This document shows positions 34,566-48,400 of a stretch of DNA of 64,000 nucleotides, in pieces (within the stretch, counting starts at the first letter, position 1; the number at the start of each line of letters is the position of its first letter). The notes beneath the pieces were generated by a model. It did no database searches and had not been told where the DNA came from. It saw only the letters and a program-made list of their open reading frames with translations. The DNA comes from Sminthopsis crassicaudata (Eukaryota), in the NCBI RefSeq assembly GCF_048593235.1, contig NC_133618.1, positions 206,388,221-206,452,220 on the forward strand. Direction: 5' to 3'. The position numbers and the translations under genes are program-made.

Positions 34566-36269
34566 CAATCAGAAAATAACTTAGGAATCCCACCTTGGGA
34601 CAATCATCACCCTCAAACCTTCAGTGTTTTCTATCTGTGTCTAACATCTCAGGTAGCTTGCTGTATAGCCAGATTTAAAAGACTTTCTTAAGATAAACAC
34701 CTATCATTTAAGGAACATAAATACACGTATATTATGTGGGAACACATATGTGGGAATATATGCAAGGAAGCTACTTAGGAACACCAGAAACCTGGAATTA
34801 CACTGCTCTATCAGTGTAGGATCAAATAAAATAATATTTGTAAAGCACTTAGTGAAGCCTGGTCAATCACATTGTAGACATGCAGTCAATGTCCTCCCCT
34901 ACTCTTTATTTCCCCATAGTGAAATAGATCTAGAGTCTGAATAGTTTAGTTCAAGTTTTGGCTCTGATACCTTCTAGCTATTGATATTGTACAAATCACT
35001 TCATTTTTATGGCCATAATTTCCTTATCTTGGAAGATCTCTAAGGTCCTTCCAAGTCCTTACATTTTGATTCTAGTAAATCAGGTCTCATTTGGTTTTCT
35101 TGTATTTCTTCCTGTCAGTACAGTCAACTCTGCAGCTAGAACATAAAGTCCTTATTAGGACCTTAGACCTTTTCTGATCCACTGTTTTAATTTGCTGTCT
35201 GCTGGGAGTCTCAGAGTAAGAAAGTTTGAGGTGTCTTCATTAGCCATACTGAAACAATCACTAATTTCCAGTTGACAAAGCTTAGCCTTTTTAAGGGGAG
35301 TCCCTTCTGCTGAGTAGAAATGGTGTTTATGAACCATTGGTATGTATGTTGAACTATAGATGTTTTTTTTTTTTTTAACATTAACAGATAAAATCGTCTC
35401 TTCCTCTCCATTTCTCATTTTTTAAAAATGGGCCTAGATTTGTAGGGCCCTAGGCACAGCTTTGAATATATGGTGTAGTCAAAAGAGTTATGATTGAGAA
35501 CAATTTCCATTCTCCCTCAGAATAATCTCTGGCTGCTGAATTTTAATAGGCAGATTAGGGAAGGTAGTGGGAGTAGGCAGAACAGGATTGGCATTTCTCA
35601 AACAAGGGCAGAATTGGAAGTGACTTTTAAACATAAAATGTCAGAGCAGGAAATCACTTAAGCCAATCACTCCCTTATCTTCTAGGTGAGGAAACTAAGA
35701 TGAAGAGAAGGGAGTGATCTTAGTAAAAGAATTGTACAGTTTTAGAGCTGAAAGGTTCTTCAGAAAATAATCAATTCAATCCCTTCTAAATGTCTGAATT
35801 TCCACTCTCTGAACATCTAGTCCATAAGTATCTTTTTTGTTTCTAGTTCTTTGTGGTTACTTGGTACATATCTTGTTATTTAGCTATTATATTCTGTCTC
35901 TCCCTATTAAAATGTAAGTTCTTTGAAGGTCTTTCTAGTGCCTAGAACATAATAAGTACTTAATAAACATTTGTTGCTTGATTGATTGAAGTCTTTTTTA
36001 TGACTGACCTCCCTGGGGTAAATATCTGGGATCTCTGAGTCAAAGAGTATGAAAATTTTAAGTCATTTTCCTTTGAATAATTCCAAATTCCTTTCCAGAA
36101 TTTTTAGACCAACTCATAGCTCTGCTATTAATGTATTAATGTTCCTGTTTTTCCACTTCTCCAATATTAACTATTTCCATTTTTTGCCATCTTTGCCAAA
36201 TTTTCAGGCATGAGATGAAACTAATTTGTTTTCATTAGGCCAAAAAAAAAAAAAAATCAAGTTTTGTTA

Positions 36270-36460
36270 GGTATCCTTCTGAGGGACATCTTCAGTCACT
36301 CAGATCTCTAATTTGCCACTGGATCTAGATGGTTCTAGAGGAAAAAGTAAGGCAGGTGACTTTGCAGTCCTCCCTCATTAAATCGAATTTACTTGCATGT
36401 CATGTCATCATCTCCCTGATGTCTTCTTTGAGAACAAAGGACAAACAACAGCAACATTCC
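36270..36460 (+). mobile_element. RTE-related SINE/LINE 3' end (WALLSI/RTESINE-like)
   Basis: ggtgactttgcagtcctccctcattaaatcgaatttacttgcatgtcatg...gagaacaaaggacaaacaacagcaac, a (CAA)n-like tail; family from memory. Confidence 0.5.
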
Positions 36461-36482
36461 TCTATTTAAGTGATGATCTAGA

Positions 36483-36509
36483 AATACAAATACAAATACA
36501 AATACAAAT
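36483..36509. repeat. (AATACA)n hexanucleotide microsatellite
   Basis: About 4.5 units. Confidence 0.88.
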
Positions 36510-36689
36510 CCCATTCTCATCTATTACGTGCCCTCTTAGCCACCTGTTTATATCCCAAATCATTTTTTCCTTGCCTTCTTCAACTGGTATCCCCAAGGAA
36601 CACATAAGCTTTGACCCTATGTTCAAAGTTTCAGTTTCCTGACCAAGATTTTATAATCTTTGACTATATATTGGATTCTTTCTAGCAGC

Positions 36690-39250
36690 ATTCTTTTTTT
36701 ATTATTAATTTTATAATTATACATTTTTTTGACAGTATATATGCATGAGTAATTTTTTTTAATAACATTATCCCTTGTATTCATTTTTCCAAATTTTCCC
36801 CTCCCTTCCTCTACTCCCTCCCCTAGATGACAGGCAATCCCATACATTTTACATGTGTTACAGTATAACCTAGATACAATATATGTGTGTAAATCCAATT
36901 TTCTTGTTGCATGTTAAGTATTGGATTCCGAAGGTTTAAATAACCTGGGTAGATAGACAATAGTGCTAACAGTTTACATTCAATTCCCAGTGTTCCTTCT
37001 CTGGGTGTAGTTGTTTCTGTCCATCATTGATCAACTGGAAGTGAGTTGGATCTTCTTTATGTTGAAGATATTTAATTCCATCAGAATATATCTTCATACA
37101 GTATTGTCGTTGAAGTGTATAGTGATCTTCTGGTTATGCTCATTTCACTCAGCATCAGTTCATGTAAGTCTCTCCAAACCTTTCTGAATTCATCTTGCTG
37201 GTCATTTCTTACAGAACAATAATATTCCATAACCTTCATATACCATAATTTACCCAACCATTCTCCAATTGATGGGCATCTATTCATTTTCCAGTTTCTA
37301 GCTACTACGAAAAGAGCTACCACAAACATTTTGGCACATACAGGTCCCTTTCCCCTCTTTAGTATTTCTTTGGGATATAAGCCCAATAGCAGCAATGCTG
37401 GATCAAAGGGTATGCACAGTTTGATAACTTTTTGGGCATAGTTCCAAATTGCTCTCCAGAATGGCTGGATTCTTTCACAACTCCACCAACAATGTATTAG
37501 TGCCCCAGTTTTCCCACATTCCCTCCAACATTCATCATTATTTGTTCCTGTCATCTTAGCCAATCTGACAGGTATCTCAGAATTGTCCTAATTTGCATTT
37601 TTCTGATCAGTAGTGATTTGGAACACTCTTTCATACGAGTGGATATAATTTCAATTTCATATGATCTCATTCTTTATGCCTAAATCATGGACCCATTTTG
37701 ATCTTATCTTGGTATATGGTGTTAAGTGTGAGTCCAAGCCTAATTTCTGCCATACTAATTTCCACTTTTCCCAACAGTTTTTTTTCAAATAATGAATTCT
37801 TATCCCTAATGTTGGTATCTTTGGGTTTGTCAAACACTAGATTGCTATAGATGTACCCTTTTTTGTCCTTTGTACCTAACCTGTTCCACTGATCGATTGG
37901 TCTATTTCTTAGCCAATACCAAATGGCTTTGGTGACTCCTGCTATATAATATAGCTTTAGATCAAGTATACCTAGACCACCTTCATCTGATTTTTTTTTT
38001 TTTTCATTAATTCCCTTGAAATTCTCTACCTTTTATTCTTCCATATGAATTTTGTTGTTATTTTTTCTAGGTCATTAAAATAGTTTCTTGGGAGTCTGAT
38101 TGGTATAGCACTAAATAAATAGATTAGTTTGGGGACTATTGTCATCTTTATTATATTCGCTCGGCCTATCCACGAGCACTGAATGTCTTTCCAATTATTT
38201 AAATCTGACTTTATTTTTGCGGCAAATGTTTTGTAATTTTGCTCATATAATCCCTGACTATTCTTTGGTAGATGGATTCCCAAATATTTTATACTCTTGA
38301 CATTTATTTGGAATGAAATTTCTCTTTGTATTTCTTGCTGTTGCATTTTGTTGGTGATATATAAAAATGCTGAGAATTTATGTGGATTTATTTTGTATCC
38401 TGCAACTTTGCTAAAGTTGTGAATTACTTTTAATAACTTTTTATTAGAATCTCTGGGGTTTTCTAAGTATACCATCATATCATCTGCAAAGAGTGACAAT
38501 TTGATTTCCTCATTACCTACTCTTATTCCTTTAATCTCTTTCTCGACTCTTATTGCCGAGGCTAGCATTTCTAATACAATACTGAATAGTAATGGTGATA
38601 ATGGGCAACCTTGTTTTACTCCTGATCTTACTGGGAAAGGTTCCAATTTATCTCCATTACATATTATGCTTACCGATAGTCTTAAATATATGCTCCTGAC
38701 TATTCTAAGGAATAGTCCATTTATTCTTATACTCTCAAGCTTTTTTAGTAGGAATGGATGCTGGATTTTATCAAATGCTTTTTCTGCATCTATTGAGATG
38801 ATCATATGGTTTTTATTAATTTGATTATTAACATGGTCAATTATACTAATAGTTTTCCTAATATTAAACCAGCCCTGCATTCCTAGTATAAATCCTACTT
38901 GATCATAGTGTATTATCCTGGGGATGATTTTCTGAAGTCTTTTTGCTAATATCTTATTTAAGATTTTAGCATCAATATTCATTAAGGAAATTGGTCTATA
39001 GTTTTCTTTCTCATTTTTCGATCTACCTGGTTTAAGTATCAGTATCATGTCTGTGTCATAAAAGGAGTTTGGTAGGACTTCTTCATCCCCTATTTTTTCA
39101 AATAGTTTATATAACATTGGGGCTAATTGTTCTTTAAATGTTTGGTAGAATTCACATGTAAATCCCTCTAGTCCTGGGGATTTTTTCCTGGGGAGTTGAT
39201 TAATAGCTTGTTCTATTTCTTTTTCTGAAATGGGACTATTTAAGCAATTC
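36690..39250 (-). mobile_element. 5'-truncated LINE-1 (RT through 3'UTR)
   Basis: ORF2 remnants at 38026-39252 and 37081-37563, 3'UTR and A-rich tail near 36690. Confidence 0.95.
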
Positions 39251-39252
39251 AT
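37081..39252 (-). pseudogene. Disrupted L1 ORF2 (reverse transcriptase and CCHC domain)
   Basis: [33 protein letters not shown] motifs; C-terminal CWRECGKTGALIHCWWSC; in-frame TAG at 38026-38028, A14 frameshift near 37991-38004, apparent internal deletion near 37660. Confidence 0.93.
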
Positions 39253-40429
39253 CTATTTTGCTAAGTCTTCAGACATTATCTTTTAAATTTTGATACTTGC
39301 TGGGGAAGGCAATAGAACTCTCCATTGTTAGCCACATTCAACTTTCTGACAGGATATGATTTCTCTTTTCTACTTGATGTCCTTCTTTTCACCCTACCCT
39401 GAATTGAATCCCATTTTTATTTTTTAAAAGAATATTTAATTGCCCCTGATTACTTGTAATATCTTTCTTTAGTCTTCTCACCTTTTTTTTTTTTTTTTTT
39501 TTGGAATAGAGATCAGTGTGAACTTTGAACACAGATGATATCCAGTTTCTTGTGGCAAAAATATAAACACTGAATAGTCAGTTCAAATTGCTGCAAAATT
39601 CCCTGTTGGACATGTTTCTCAGCCCTTTATAAAACAATTTATAGGTTTTATATCTTTCTCCTTAGTTCTTCCTTCAGGTCTTTACAACCTACAACTTTTT
39701 ATTAACATGGTAGCCACACCCAAGTTTCATTTCTAGGTCATAGTAATTCCACAGTTCCACAATCCACCCCTTGCTCCTACTATTCACATCAACTTCAGTG
39801 GTTTTACACACTCACCCCACCCACTAATTCCATCTGCTAATTTGCTTTACCTACCAATTTGTTCCATTTACCCTGCCAACCACCTTCTCCTTTTCCTTCT
39901 TTTTAGATCCTTCTCCTTGAGTCCTTTTCTACAGGGCATCTTAATCTTTCTTGATCCTACTCCTGTCTCACAGAATGCCAGAAATATGGGATGATGAAAA
40001 GAGCACTGGGTTTGGAACCAGAGGATTCCCATTTATTAACTGTTACCTAGATCTAAGGATTATTCCTTCCTTCTTCCCTCTCTCCCTCCCTCCCCTTTTC
40101 CACCTCTCTCTTTCTTTCCTCATTTCTCATAGAATTCAGAAGTAGGAGATGAAGCAAAGAATCTAGCATAATATACCAACCAGATACATTCTGACCACAG
40201 CAAAGAATAGTGGCATCTTCATTTTATTTTTCTTGGTGATAATGCCTTCCTTAAATCTGCAAAATTGCATTATTTCTCTTGTCTTTTATATCTTATATTA
40301 TAATATATAATATGTAATTATATATTATATATAATTAAAGAGCAATTATATATAACAGAATATATATTATATTATAATACAATATATATGCATATATATA
40401 TTATATTACATATTTCTCAGCTCTGAGTA

Positions 40430-40679
40430 TTTTTTCTGGTGGTCCCTCATGCCTGGAATACTCTTCTTCTACTGCAACGACTGACCTCCCTGGTTCACTT
40501 TAAGTCCCAAATAAAATGTCACTTCCCATAACTCTCCAACCCTATTTATATATTCCAGTACCTTCTCTCTATTAATTATTTCCTATTTATCCTGTAGTTA
40601 ATTTGCTTCATATATATTTATTAGCATATTGTCTCCTCCATTAGATTATAAGCTCCATTAGGCCAGGGACAATTTTTTT

Positions 40680-40712
<33 letters not shown>

Positions 40713-40770
40713 TATTTCTAGCATATGGCACAGTGCCTGGCATGTAATAGATACTTAATCTATGTTTTTT
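40430..40770 (+). mobile_element. L2 LINE 3' end
   Basis: ctcatgcctggaatactcttc...ttagattataagctcc..agggac...cacagtgcctggcatgtaatag. Other L2 pieces near 5250-5640, 6570-7020, 13780-13900, 14910-15150, 25200-25800, 26230-26400, 50150-50720, 61090-61400. Confidence 0.75.
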
Positions 40771-41017
40771 CCTATTTGAATTTATTGAATATCACATTGT
40801 TGATTCATATTGAGCTTAATTCTTGCCAATTAATTGACATTTAATTCTTTTATCCTATAACTTTATTTTTTGTTTATTTTTTCTCTCTCTCTGTCTCTGT
40901 CTCTCTGTATCTCTCTGTCTCTGTCTTTCTCCCTGTCTCTGTCTCTCCCTCTTTCTGTCTCTGTCTCTGTTTTTGTCTCTGTCTCTGTCTTTCTCACTCT
41001 CTCTCCACCCTCTTTCA

Positions 41018-41176
41018 GTTGGGTGACATTGGGCAAATTATTTAACCCTTTCTGTCACACTTTCCTCATTGGTAATACGAGCTGGAGAGGGAAATGGCAA
41101 ATCATCCTAGTATCTTTGCCAGGAAAACTTCTCTTGAGGTCATGAAGAGTTGGACACAACTAAAATGACTCAACAA
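41018..41176 (+). mobile_element. MAR1-type CORE-SINE, 3' part
   Basis: gagctggagagggaaatggcaaatcatcctagtatctttgccaggaaaac...gagttggacacaact. Confidence 0.75.
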
Positions 41177-43009
41177 ACTTTAACTGAAGGCACTTTAGTA
41201 ATTATTATTAGAGATGTTTGTGATTCAATAAAAGCTTAGAATTGGTTAGGGTCTACCCTAAGCAAGAAGCAAGTAGCTGAACAATCCTTCTTCCAGTTAC
41301 ACTTGTGTTTTTAACAGGGGACTTCTGAAAACCAAGTCTTTGAGAGCAAAAGGAATAAATTTATAATAGTGGAATTTCATGACTTTCTTGGGGATCAGCT
41401 TGCTTTCCTGCCCCACCCTTACCTCATGCTACCTAGTTATAAAATATGGAAATTGAAAATACTTAATATTAACCTAACCCTTTAGGAAAGCTTCTAGTGC
41501 ATTTCTGATTTATATTTAGAAAAGAATAACATAATGTGTTTCAAATTTGCATGCACACAGTGGCATGCCTTGAAAACATGTTTTGCAAAACATTTTTTTT
41601 TAAATGAGTAATCCCAGTGGAGTTTGAAGTATTGTGGAGTCAGTCAAACATCTGGGTCTTCGCTTAGTCAGTGTATTCACTTATGTTCATTTGTGGCTTC
41701 TCCTGTGAGGTTTTTGGCAGTTGTTATTGTTGTTTCTAAAGAAGAGTTACTTAATGTCTGTGTGACACTGAACAAACAATTTCTCCTCTCTGGACCTCAG
41801 TTTCCCTGAGTATAATATGAAGGATTGGACTAGATGCTAACCCTCTGATTCTGAGATAATGGAGTTGAGTTAGGAAGAGGGAAGAAAGATTAAGAAATGA
41901 TTAAGGAGCAAAGGTAGAAGTTAAGTTTGAGAGTTTCTTGAGCAGTTGTGCAGAAGGTAGCAAAGGTCTCTGTCTCTCTGTGTCTCTGTCTGTCTGTCTC
42001 TCCTTCCCTCTTTCCTTCTTTTCCTCCCTCTCTCTCTCTTCCCTCCTCTCTTTTTCTCTCTCCCCCCTCAGAGTCACATGTTCTTTCTTAGGAAAGACTG
42101 CTGCCCAGCACATCCCAATAAATCTGGGGGTCTGTGATCTTTCATTTCCAAGCTCTCAGAAACTTCCTGATCTGAAGATGTTTGGAGTTCATTCTTCTGT
42201 GGCCTCTGTTTTTTAGCTTGTTGTTTCTCAGAGCCTGCCCCTGTTTGGCAAAGAAACTGGGTCTTGATGATAGCAACAGGAAGCTAGAGTGGGGGGTGGG
42301 GTGGGACCAAAGAGCAATTAGGAAGACTAAATGCTTTTGTAGATACAAAAATGTTAAGATGTAGTCCCTGCCAACGAGGAGCTGAATCTCTAAGTAAGAT
42401 ATATTCATCAGTAGAATGAGCAAACTAGAATAAAACTGCATAAATATTTGTTTTGCACATTTGTAGTAAGGTGGAATATATGTATGATGATATTACATAA
42501 ATATATTTCTACACATATATGCCACATTATTACATATACTATATTTTTATATATATATACACATACATATACATGTTTATGCAATAAATTCCCTCCCTGC
42601 CATATGTAGCATGAGGAGTATTATATGTGGATTTTAGGAAGGCCAGAATATATCTCTATCATCTCCTCCTTCCACCATTCTTCAAGGGAGGCTTTGAGTC
42701 TTGCTAGGAAGGGAAGAAGGAGACTGGAGCCAGAAGCTGGTCCCTCTGTTCCCCTTCGAGAAAAGGAGTACTATGTTAAAAATTCTATTTACCTGTTCTC
42801 TTAAATATATTCTAAAGGATTCTAATTATTAGCTTTGTTAAGCTAAATTCCTGGTTGCTGTTTCTTAATGGTAAAAAGAGGGTCTTAACTCTCAACCCAA
42901 AACTTGACATCCTTCCTACAAAATCAGTTCCACAATGAACACATCTAGCAAGTAAATCCATTATTCAAGTTGACATCAAAACAAATTAGAAAAAGCATAC
43001 ACTTAAGAA

Positions 43010-43018
43010 TGTGTGTGT

Positions 43019-43056
<38 letters not shown>
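43010..43056. repeat. (TG)n microsatellite
   Basis: Over 20 units with one interruption; a second (TG)n at 43518-43548. Confidence 0.95.
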
Positions 43057-43059
<3 letters not shown>

Positions 43060-43507
43060 AAGACAATACAATACAGATTGAAGGAGCTCTCCCATTGGGA
43101 GCAAGGTGATTTAGCTCAGCCAAAAAGAAGAGTATCAGATCTCACCCAAAAGGAAATTCCCCAGAGTCTCTGGTGTAGCAAGCTGAGGACAGATACATAA
43201 TGAAAAATGCCTGCTGCTCTCATGATGGCTTTTTTCCAGAATCTTTTTTTCCTTTCAGCAACCTGAAGGGTGGTTGATATTGTTCATCATCTCTCTTGAA
43301 GATGGAAGCCAGAAGACTGAAAAGACTGAAGAGCACTGAAGAAGCTGACAAGCAAATCTCTTTTCTATTTCTCCAATTTCACCCTTTCCTTCAAATAGGC
43401 AAATTTCTCCTCTAATGAGGAGAGTCCCATACAATGGGCTTTGGGACTTGGGTTACATGAATATGTATATACCTATAGAGAAAATTGTACTTATCTATAG
43501 TTTTATA

Positions 43508-43553
<46 letters not shown>

Positions 43554-43649
43554 AAGTAGGTATGTAGGTATCTATCTACTCCAGACCTTGTTTGCTTTGT
43601 TAGTCTTGGTCTGGCAACTGATTATATTTCTTTTCAAATCTTTTTAATT

Positions 43650-44880
43650 AAAAAAGTTCAAAGTACAATAACTCATTTATGCTAAACCACCAATCAACTC
43701 CAAACCCAACCCTACCAACTATATAAAGGGACTTTTAAAAATATCATTAAAAAATATCTCTCTAAAACCAAAAGTAAAGATCATGAGTAATAGATTTACA
43801 CTAGAATCTTTCCCAAAAAATTCAAGAATAAAGCAGGGATGCCTAATTTCTCCACTATTTTTTTTTTACATAGTTTTAGAAATGTTAGAAAAATCAATAA
43901 GACAAGAGAATGAAATTAAAGTTGTAAGGATAGGTGAAGTGGATATAAATATCCCTAGCTGCAGATGATATGATTATTTATTTGGATAATCAAATGGAAT
44001 CAGCAAAGATACTAATGAAGATGATAACTTTAGCAAAGTTGTAGGTTACAGGATAAGTCCTCAAAAACAACATTTCTATGTAATAATAACAAAATCTAAG
44101 GGGACAGTAATAGAAAGGGAAATTCCATATCAAATAACTCCAAAATTCATAAAGTATCTTGGGCTCATTCTGTTAAAGCCAACAAAGGACTTGTATAGAT
44201 TCCATTATAAAGTGCTCCTTAAAAGAAAATAAAGAGCAACTTAAATAGCTGGAGGAATATTCAGTGCCCACTGCTAAATGATACCAATATGGTAAAAATG
44301 ACGCACAGTTAATTTCCATTTTTAATTCTATATCAATAAAATTGCTATAAGGTTTCTTTACAAAACTTGCTAAAATAATAAAATTTATATGGAAAAATGA
44401 AAGATCTAGTATATCAAGGGAAATAATTAAAATAGATATGGAAGAGGGGAAATAGTACTTCCACACTTCAAACTATATTATAAAATAGCAGTGTTCGAAA
44501 CCTTTTGGTATTTGTTTAAAAAAAACAGTAGATCAGTGGGACAGAGAATCTGAAACCATGAAACTTAATAAACTAGTGTTGATAAAATGGAAAACAAATT
44601 ACTTAGGAAAAAACTCCCTATTTGATAAGAACTTCTGGGAAACTGGAAAGCAGTCTGTCCAAAACTAGGCTTAGATTATCATTTTATGCCATATTATCTA
44701 ATACATTCTAGATAGATATATGATTTTAATTACTAAATATCATACTATTAAAAAACTAGAAGTGAAATAGATCATATATCTTTCACAGTTATAAGTAGAA
44801 GTTATATTTTTAACCAAAGGAAAAACAAAAGATAAAATAATTTTAATTGTATGAGATTGAAAAGCTATGAAAAGGAAAGC
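43650..44880 (+). mobile_element. Old, heavily decayed LINE-1 ORF2 fragment
   Basis: Remnant RIKQGCLISPLFF..IVLEML..IRQENEIK, then gcagatgatatg (ADDM) in another frame; many frameshifts. Confidence 0.85.
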
Positions 44881-45224
44881 ATTTGAATGGGAAAAATAAC
44901 TCTTATTTTTATATCATCTTCCTTTTTAAAAAATATCCTTCCTTTGTCCCCTACTCAGTTAGTCACCATCCCTGGAAACAGAGATTAAAAAAGCAACAAG
45001 ACGAAACAAAAAGTTGACTTCTCTCTTTCTGGAAATTTGTCCAGATATCAAAAGCACCCTACTTCTTCTCTGTTTGTTTTTGGGGGTCTACATGTCTCTT
45101 TGCTCACCAATTGAACAGGCTTATTCCTTTCCTTGATCCTAGGAAGTCTTTATTTTGTTTATTTTTATGTAGAGGGATATAGCAAGGGAAGGCTGCACTA
45201 GTGGTGGTTTCCTGCAATTTCTAT

Positions 45225-45447
45225 GGGTAGCTAAGTAGCACAGTGAATAGAGAGCTAAAAGTGAGGTTGAGAGGACCCAAGTTCAAATTTAGTCTCAGAC
45301 ACTAAGTGAGTGACTTCTCAATTCCTTAGTTTTCTCATCTAATAAGGAGATAATAATCCCATCTGCTTAACAGGGTATATGAGGACCCAATGAGGTAACA
45401 TATGGAATAAACTTTATACACATAAAAGTACTATATAAGCTATTAAT
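45225..45447 (+). mobile_element. MIR-like CORE-SINE
   Basis: tRNA head (cccaagttcaaa), CORE, MIR tail ..aagtactatataagctatt. Many other MIR fragments occur in the window and are not all listed. Confidence 0.65.
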
Positions 45448-48400
45448 AGAGGAGTCGGTGAGGATAACCAAGCACAATCTTCTTCATTTTGCATATAAGA
45501 AAATTTCAGGCCAAAGATATTCAAGTGACTTGTCAATAAGTGTTGGAGCCAGGACTCAAATCCAGGTCTTTTCACCCCAAGTCAAATGCTTTTTCTATTA
45601 TATCACTTTAATGCCCTCAAAGGTAATTGTTGTCCCTGACTCTTTGGTACTATGAAGCCTCAACTCAAAGCCATTTCCAAGGGTGTCAATCTGGGGTCCA
45701 ACACAAATCAGTACATGGCTCTCTCTGTTCTATTTGATTCATCCTCATAAGCTTTCAGTGGATACCTCTAATTGATATGAGACATATCTATCTGAGGAAA
45801 AACAAAACAAAACATACAAAATATTTCTTTAGCAAAATTTTAATTTAATGATTGGCAATGTGGCTCACTAGATAGATGCCAGTCTCAGAGTAATTGGGAT
45901 TCAAGTCGGTCTGACATATACAACTCTCCTCTTAGTGCTGGACTTTACACATGAAGGACCATGTTCAATCTTAGCCTCAAAAATGAGTTCTTACTTGAAC
46001 TCTGGCTCCTTACCTCTTTACGACATACCTGTGGGTAAAAATCCATTTAAAACTTAGGTTTACCTCATATCTAAGGTCTTTCTCAAAGGAAAGAATAGAG
46101 GGGACTCATGTACATTGTAAATCAGTCCAGGGCAGCTATTTATTTCCTCCACAAAGAAAAAATGCTTAACATAAAAGACTACTACATTACTTTAACTCCC
46201 GTGGGAGATTGAGATTTTAAAAATTAAAATTTGAAATATTTTTCTGAACTGTTGAATGGGTCTTTCACCTTCACCTTGACTCTGTACTGACCAAATAGTT
46301 TTTCTCTTTTAGCAAACTAGCCTGGGTTTTGAGTATATTCTCCTTCCTGCTGTTCTGAGGAGCTCCAAAAGACAGACTCAGGATCTCTCCATCATTTGAA
46401 TTTGTGAGGTTTCTTCCTAGGTTGGATTTATCTATTTCAGGATTTCTATTCTCTTTAGCCAATTGTTTAGGGAAGGAACACAAAAGCAGGTAGAGGCCCA
46501 CAGTCAGACTCAGGCTTCCCTAGGCAGGACTTGCTCCTTCCCCACAGCTCACAAAGAGTTGCAGACTAAAATCTATTTGCCACATATTCTGGAGGGGAAG
46601 GAAGAAAGAGGAAGAGGAAGCTTGGAAAAGACAGCTTCCTCTCCTTTGAAGTCTACTGAGTGGGCAGATCACTTGCTTAATGGCAAATCGTCTTAATGTG
46701 AATATTTCTTGGATCCATCATGGAACCAAGGAATCAATAAAGGATTCCTTTGTCATCTTTTCAGTAACGACACACATTCTTGTCCAGAAGCAGTCAGGGA
46801 AGTTGAGCGTATGCTACACTTCCCCCAGTTTAAATATTTGCTGTTCCTAGAAAATAAACTGGGGAACAATTGGCACATTTGTTCATATTCCCCTTTCTGA
46901 AAAGTTCCTTGGGGAATTGAAATGGCTCAGGCATTTCTTTTTCAAGTGCCTACCTTAATGTCTTGAATTAAATTAAATTATGAAGTCCACGAGGCACATT
47001 TCTTATTGGCCCTCCCCACTATGAATCACATAAAAAATCCCAAACAATTCATTCAGCAGAATATTTAGAGGATAGTCAAATTAGTTTACTCTAAAGAGGG
47101 CCTAGGACTACCATAGCTATAGACCTGGATATTACAATTACCCCCAAAATAAGGTTATGAAAATTCAACAAATGAAATCTTACAAAATTTTCATTGATTA
47201 CTGATTGCTTAAAAGGGCTTTTTTCAACTAAGCAATGAGAAAAAAAATGTAACATGGATTTTGTGCATGAATATAAGGTTCTCTCCCCAAATGGAGAGAT
47301 TAAAGAATCTGCTTCTAATAGAGTTGTGATGACATGGAATGTAAATGCCTTGGGGAAGCTGTGGAGCATGTGTAGACATTCTGTAATCAGTTAAAGTCTG
47401 CTAACCATGTGGTTCAGAGAAGACTTTTTTAGATTGATTGTGTAGTTAGAAAGGAAGGTGTCTTCAAAAAGTGTTAATTGCCCTTGATCATACTCTTGGC
47501 TTCATTCTCACTTGTGCTCTTGTCGTTTGACTCCATTCACAGTGTACAGAGAGAGACTACGTTGTAAGGTAAGAGGCTTTGGGGTCTTCTCCCTACCATG
47601 GCTAAGTGACCCCATTAATCTGTTTTTGTTTCTTGACCTCGTGTTTGTCCTTTTCCATTCTAGATGAAGGTGGGAGCCTTTGCTCTTGTGCACTTTGAAA
47701 GGTCAAGTCCACGCTACTGGACATCCCAATGTACATCAGCATGTGTTCAGAAGAACAAGGACTGAATTTAGGACCTGGTCCAGCAATGACTGAAACGAAG
47801 TTTCCTCTGACAGTAATACCACATCTGGATGTGAATTTGATGGGACCAATGCCATCAAGAAACTGCTGAGTGAATTTATTTTCTTTAGGACTATTGGGGT
47901 AAAAGGGAAAATATGTACCTCATGTGTTGAGGGAAACATTTAGACTTTTATTCTTGCCCTAATTGTTGAAGTAAATATTTCCTTGTAAAAGTTAATTGAT
48001 GTTAAATGATTACACTTAAAATGGGGGAGGGAACCCCTAAATCCTTGGGGTACATCCAACATCCAAAGGGACAGGTATAGCAGCGTGAGGTTCTGGGAGA
48101 GTGAGTGGGAAGCATACTTGTTACAACAAAATCAAATTAAAAACATTTAACAAAAGTGAAAAAATAGAGAAAAGAAAAAGAAAAACAGAAGTGTCCCTTT
48201 CCAGAAGAAAACTCTACTCCCAAATAAACTCTCAGAACATGTGAAAATTTTCCCACAGAAATTAGTAACATAAGGTTAACTGGCAGTTCCCCTCTAACCC
48301 TCAGGCTAGAAGCCAAACTGTTCTGTGTACAAGTATGACTCCCTACAAACCAAAGGGTAATCCATATGGTCTCATAGCACAACTCATGCCAGTGTTTAGG

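Noticed and set aside
38501-38824. 107-aa + strand ORF
   Set aside because: Antisense shadow of L1 ORF2.
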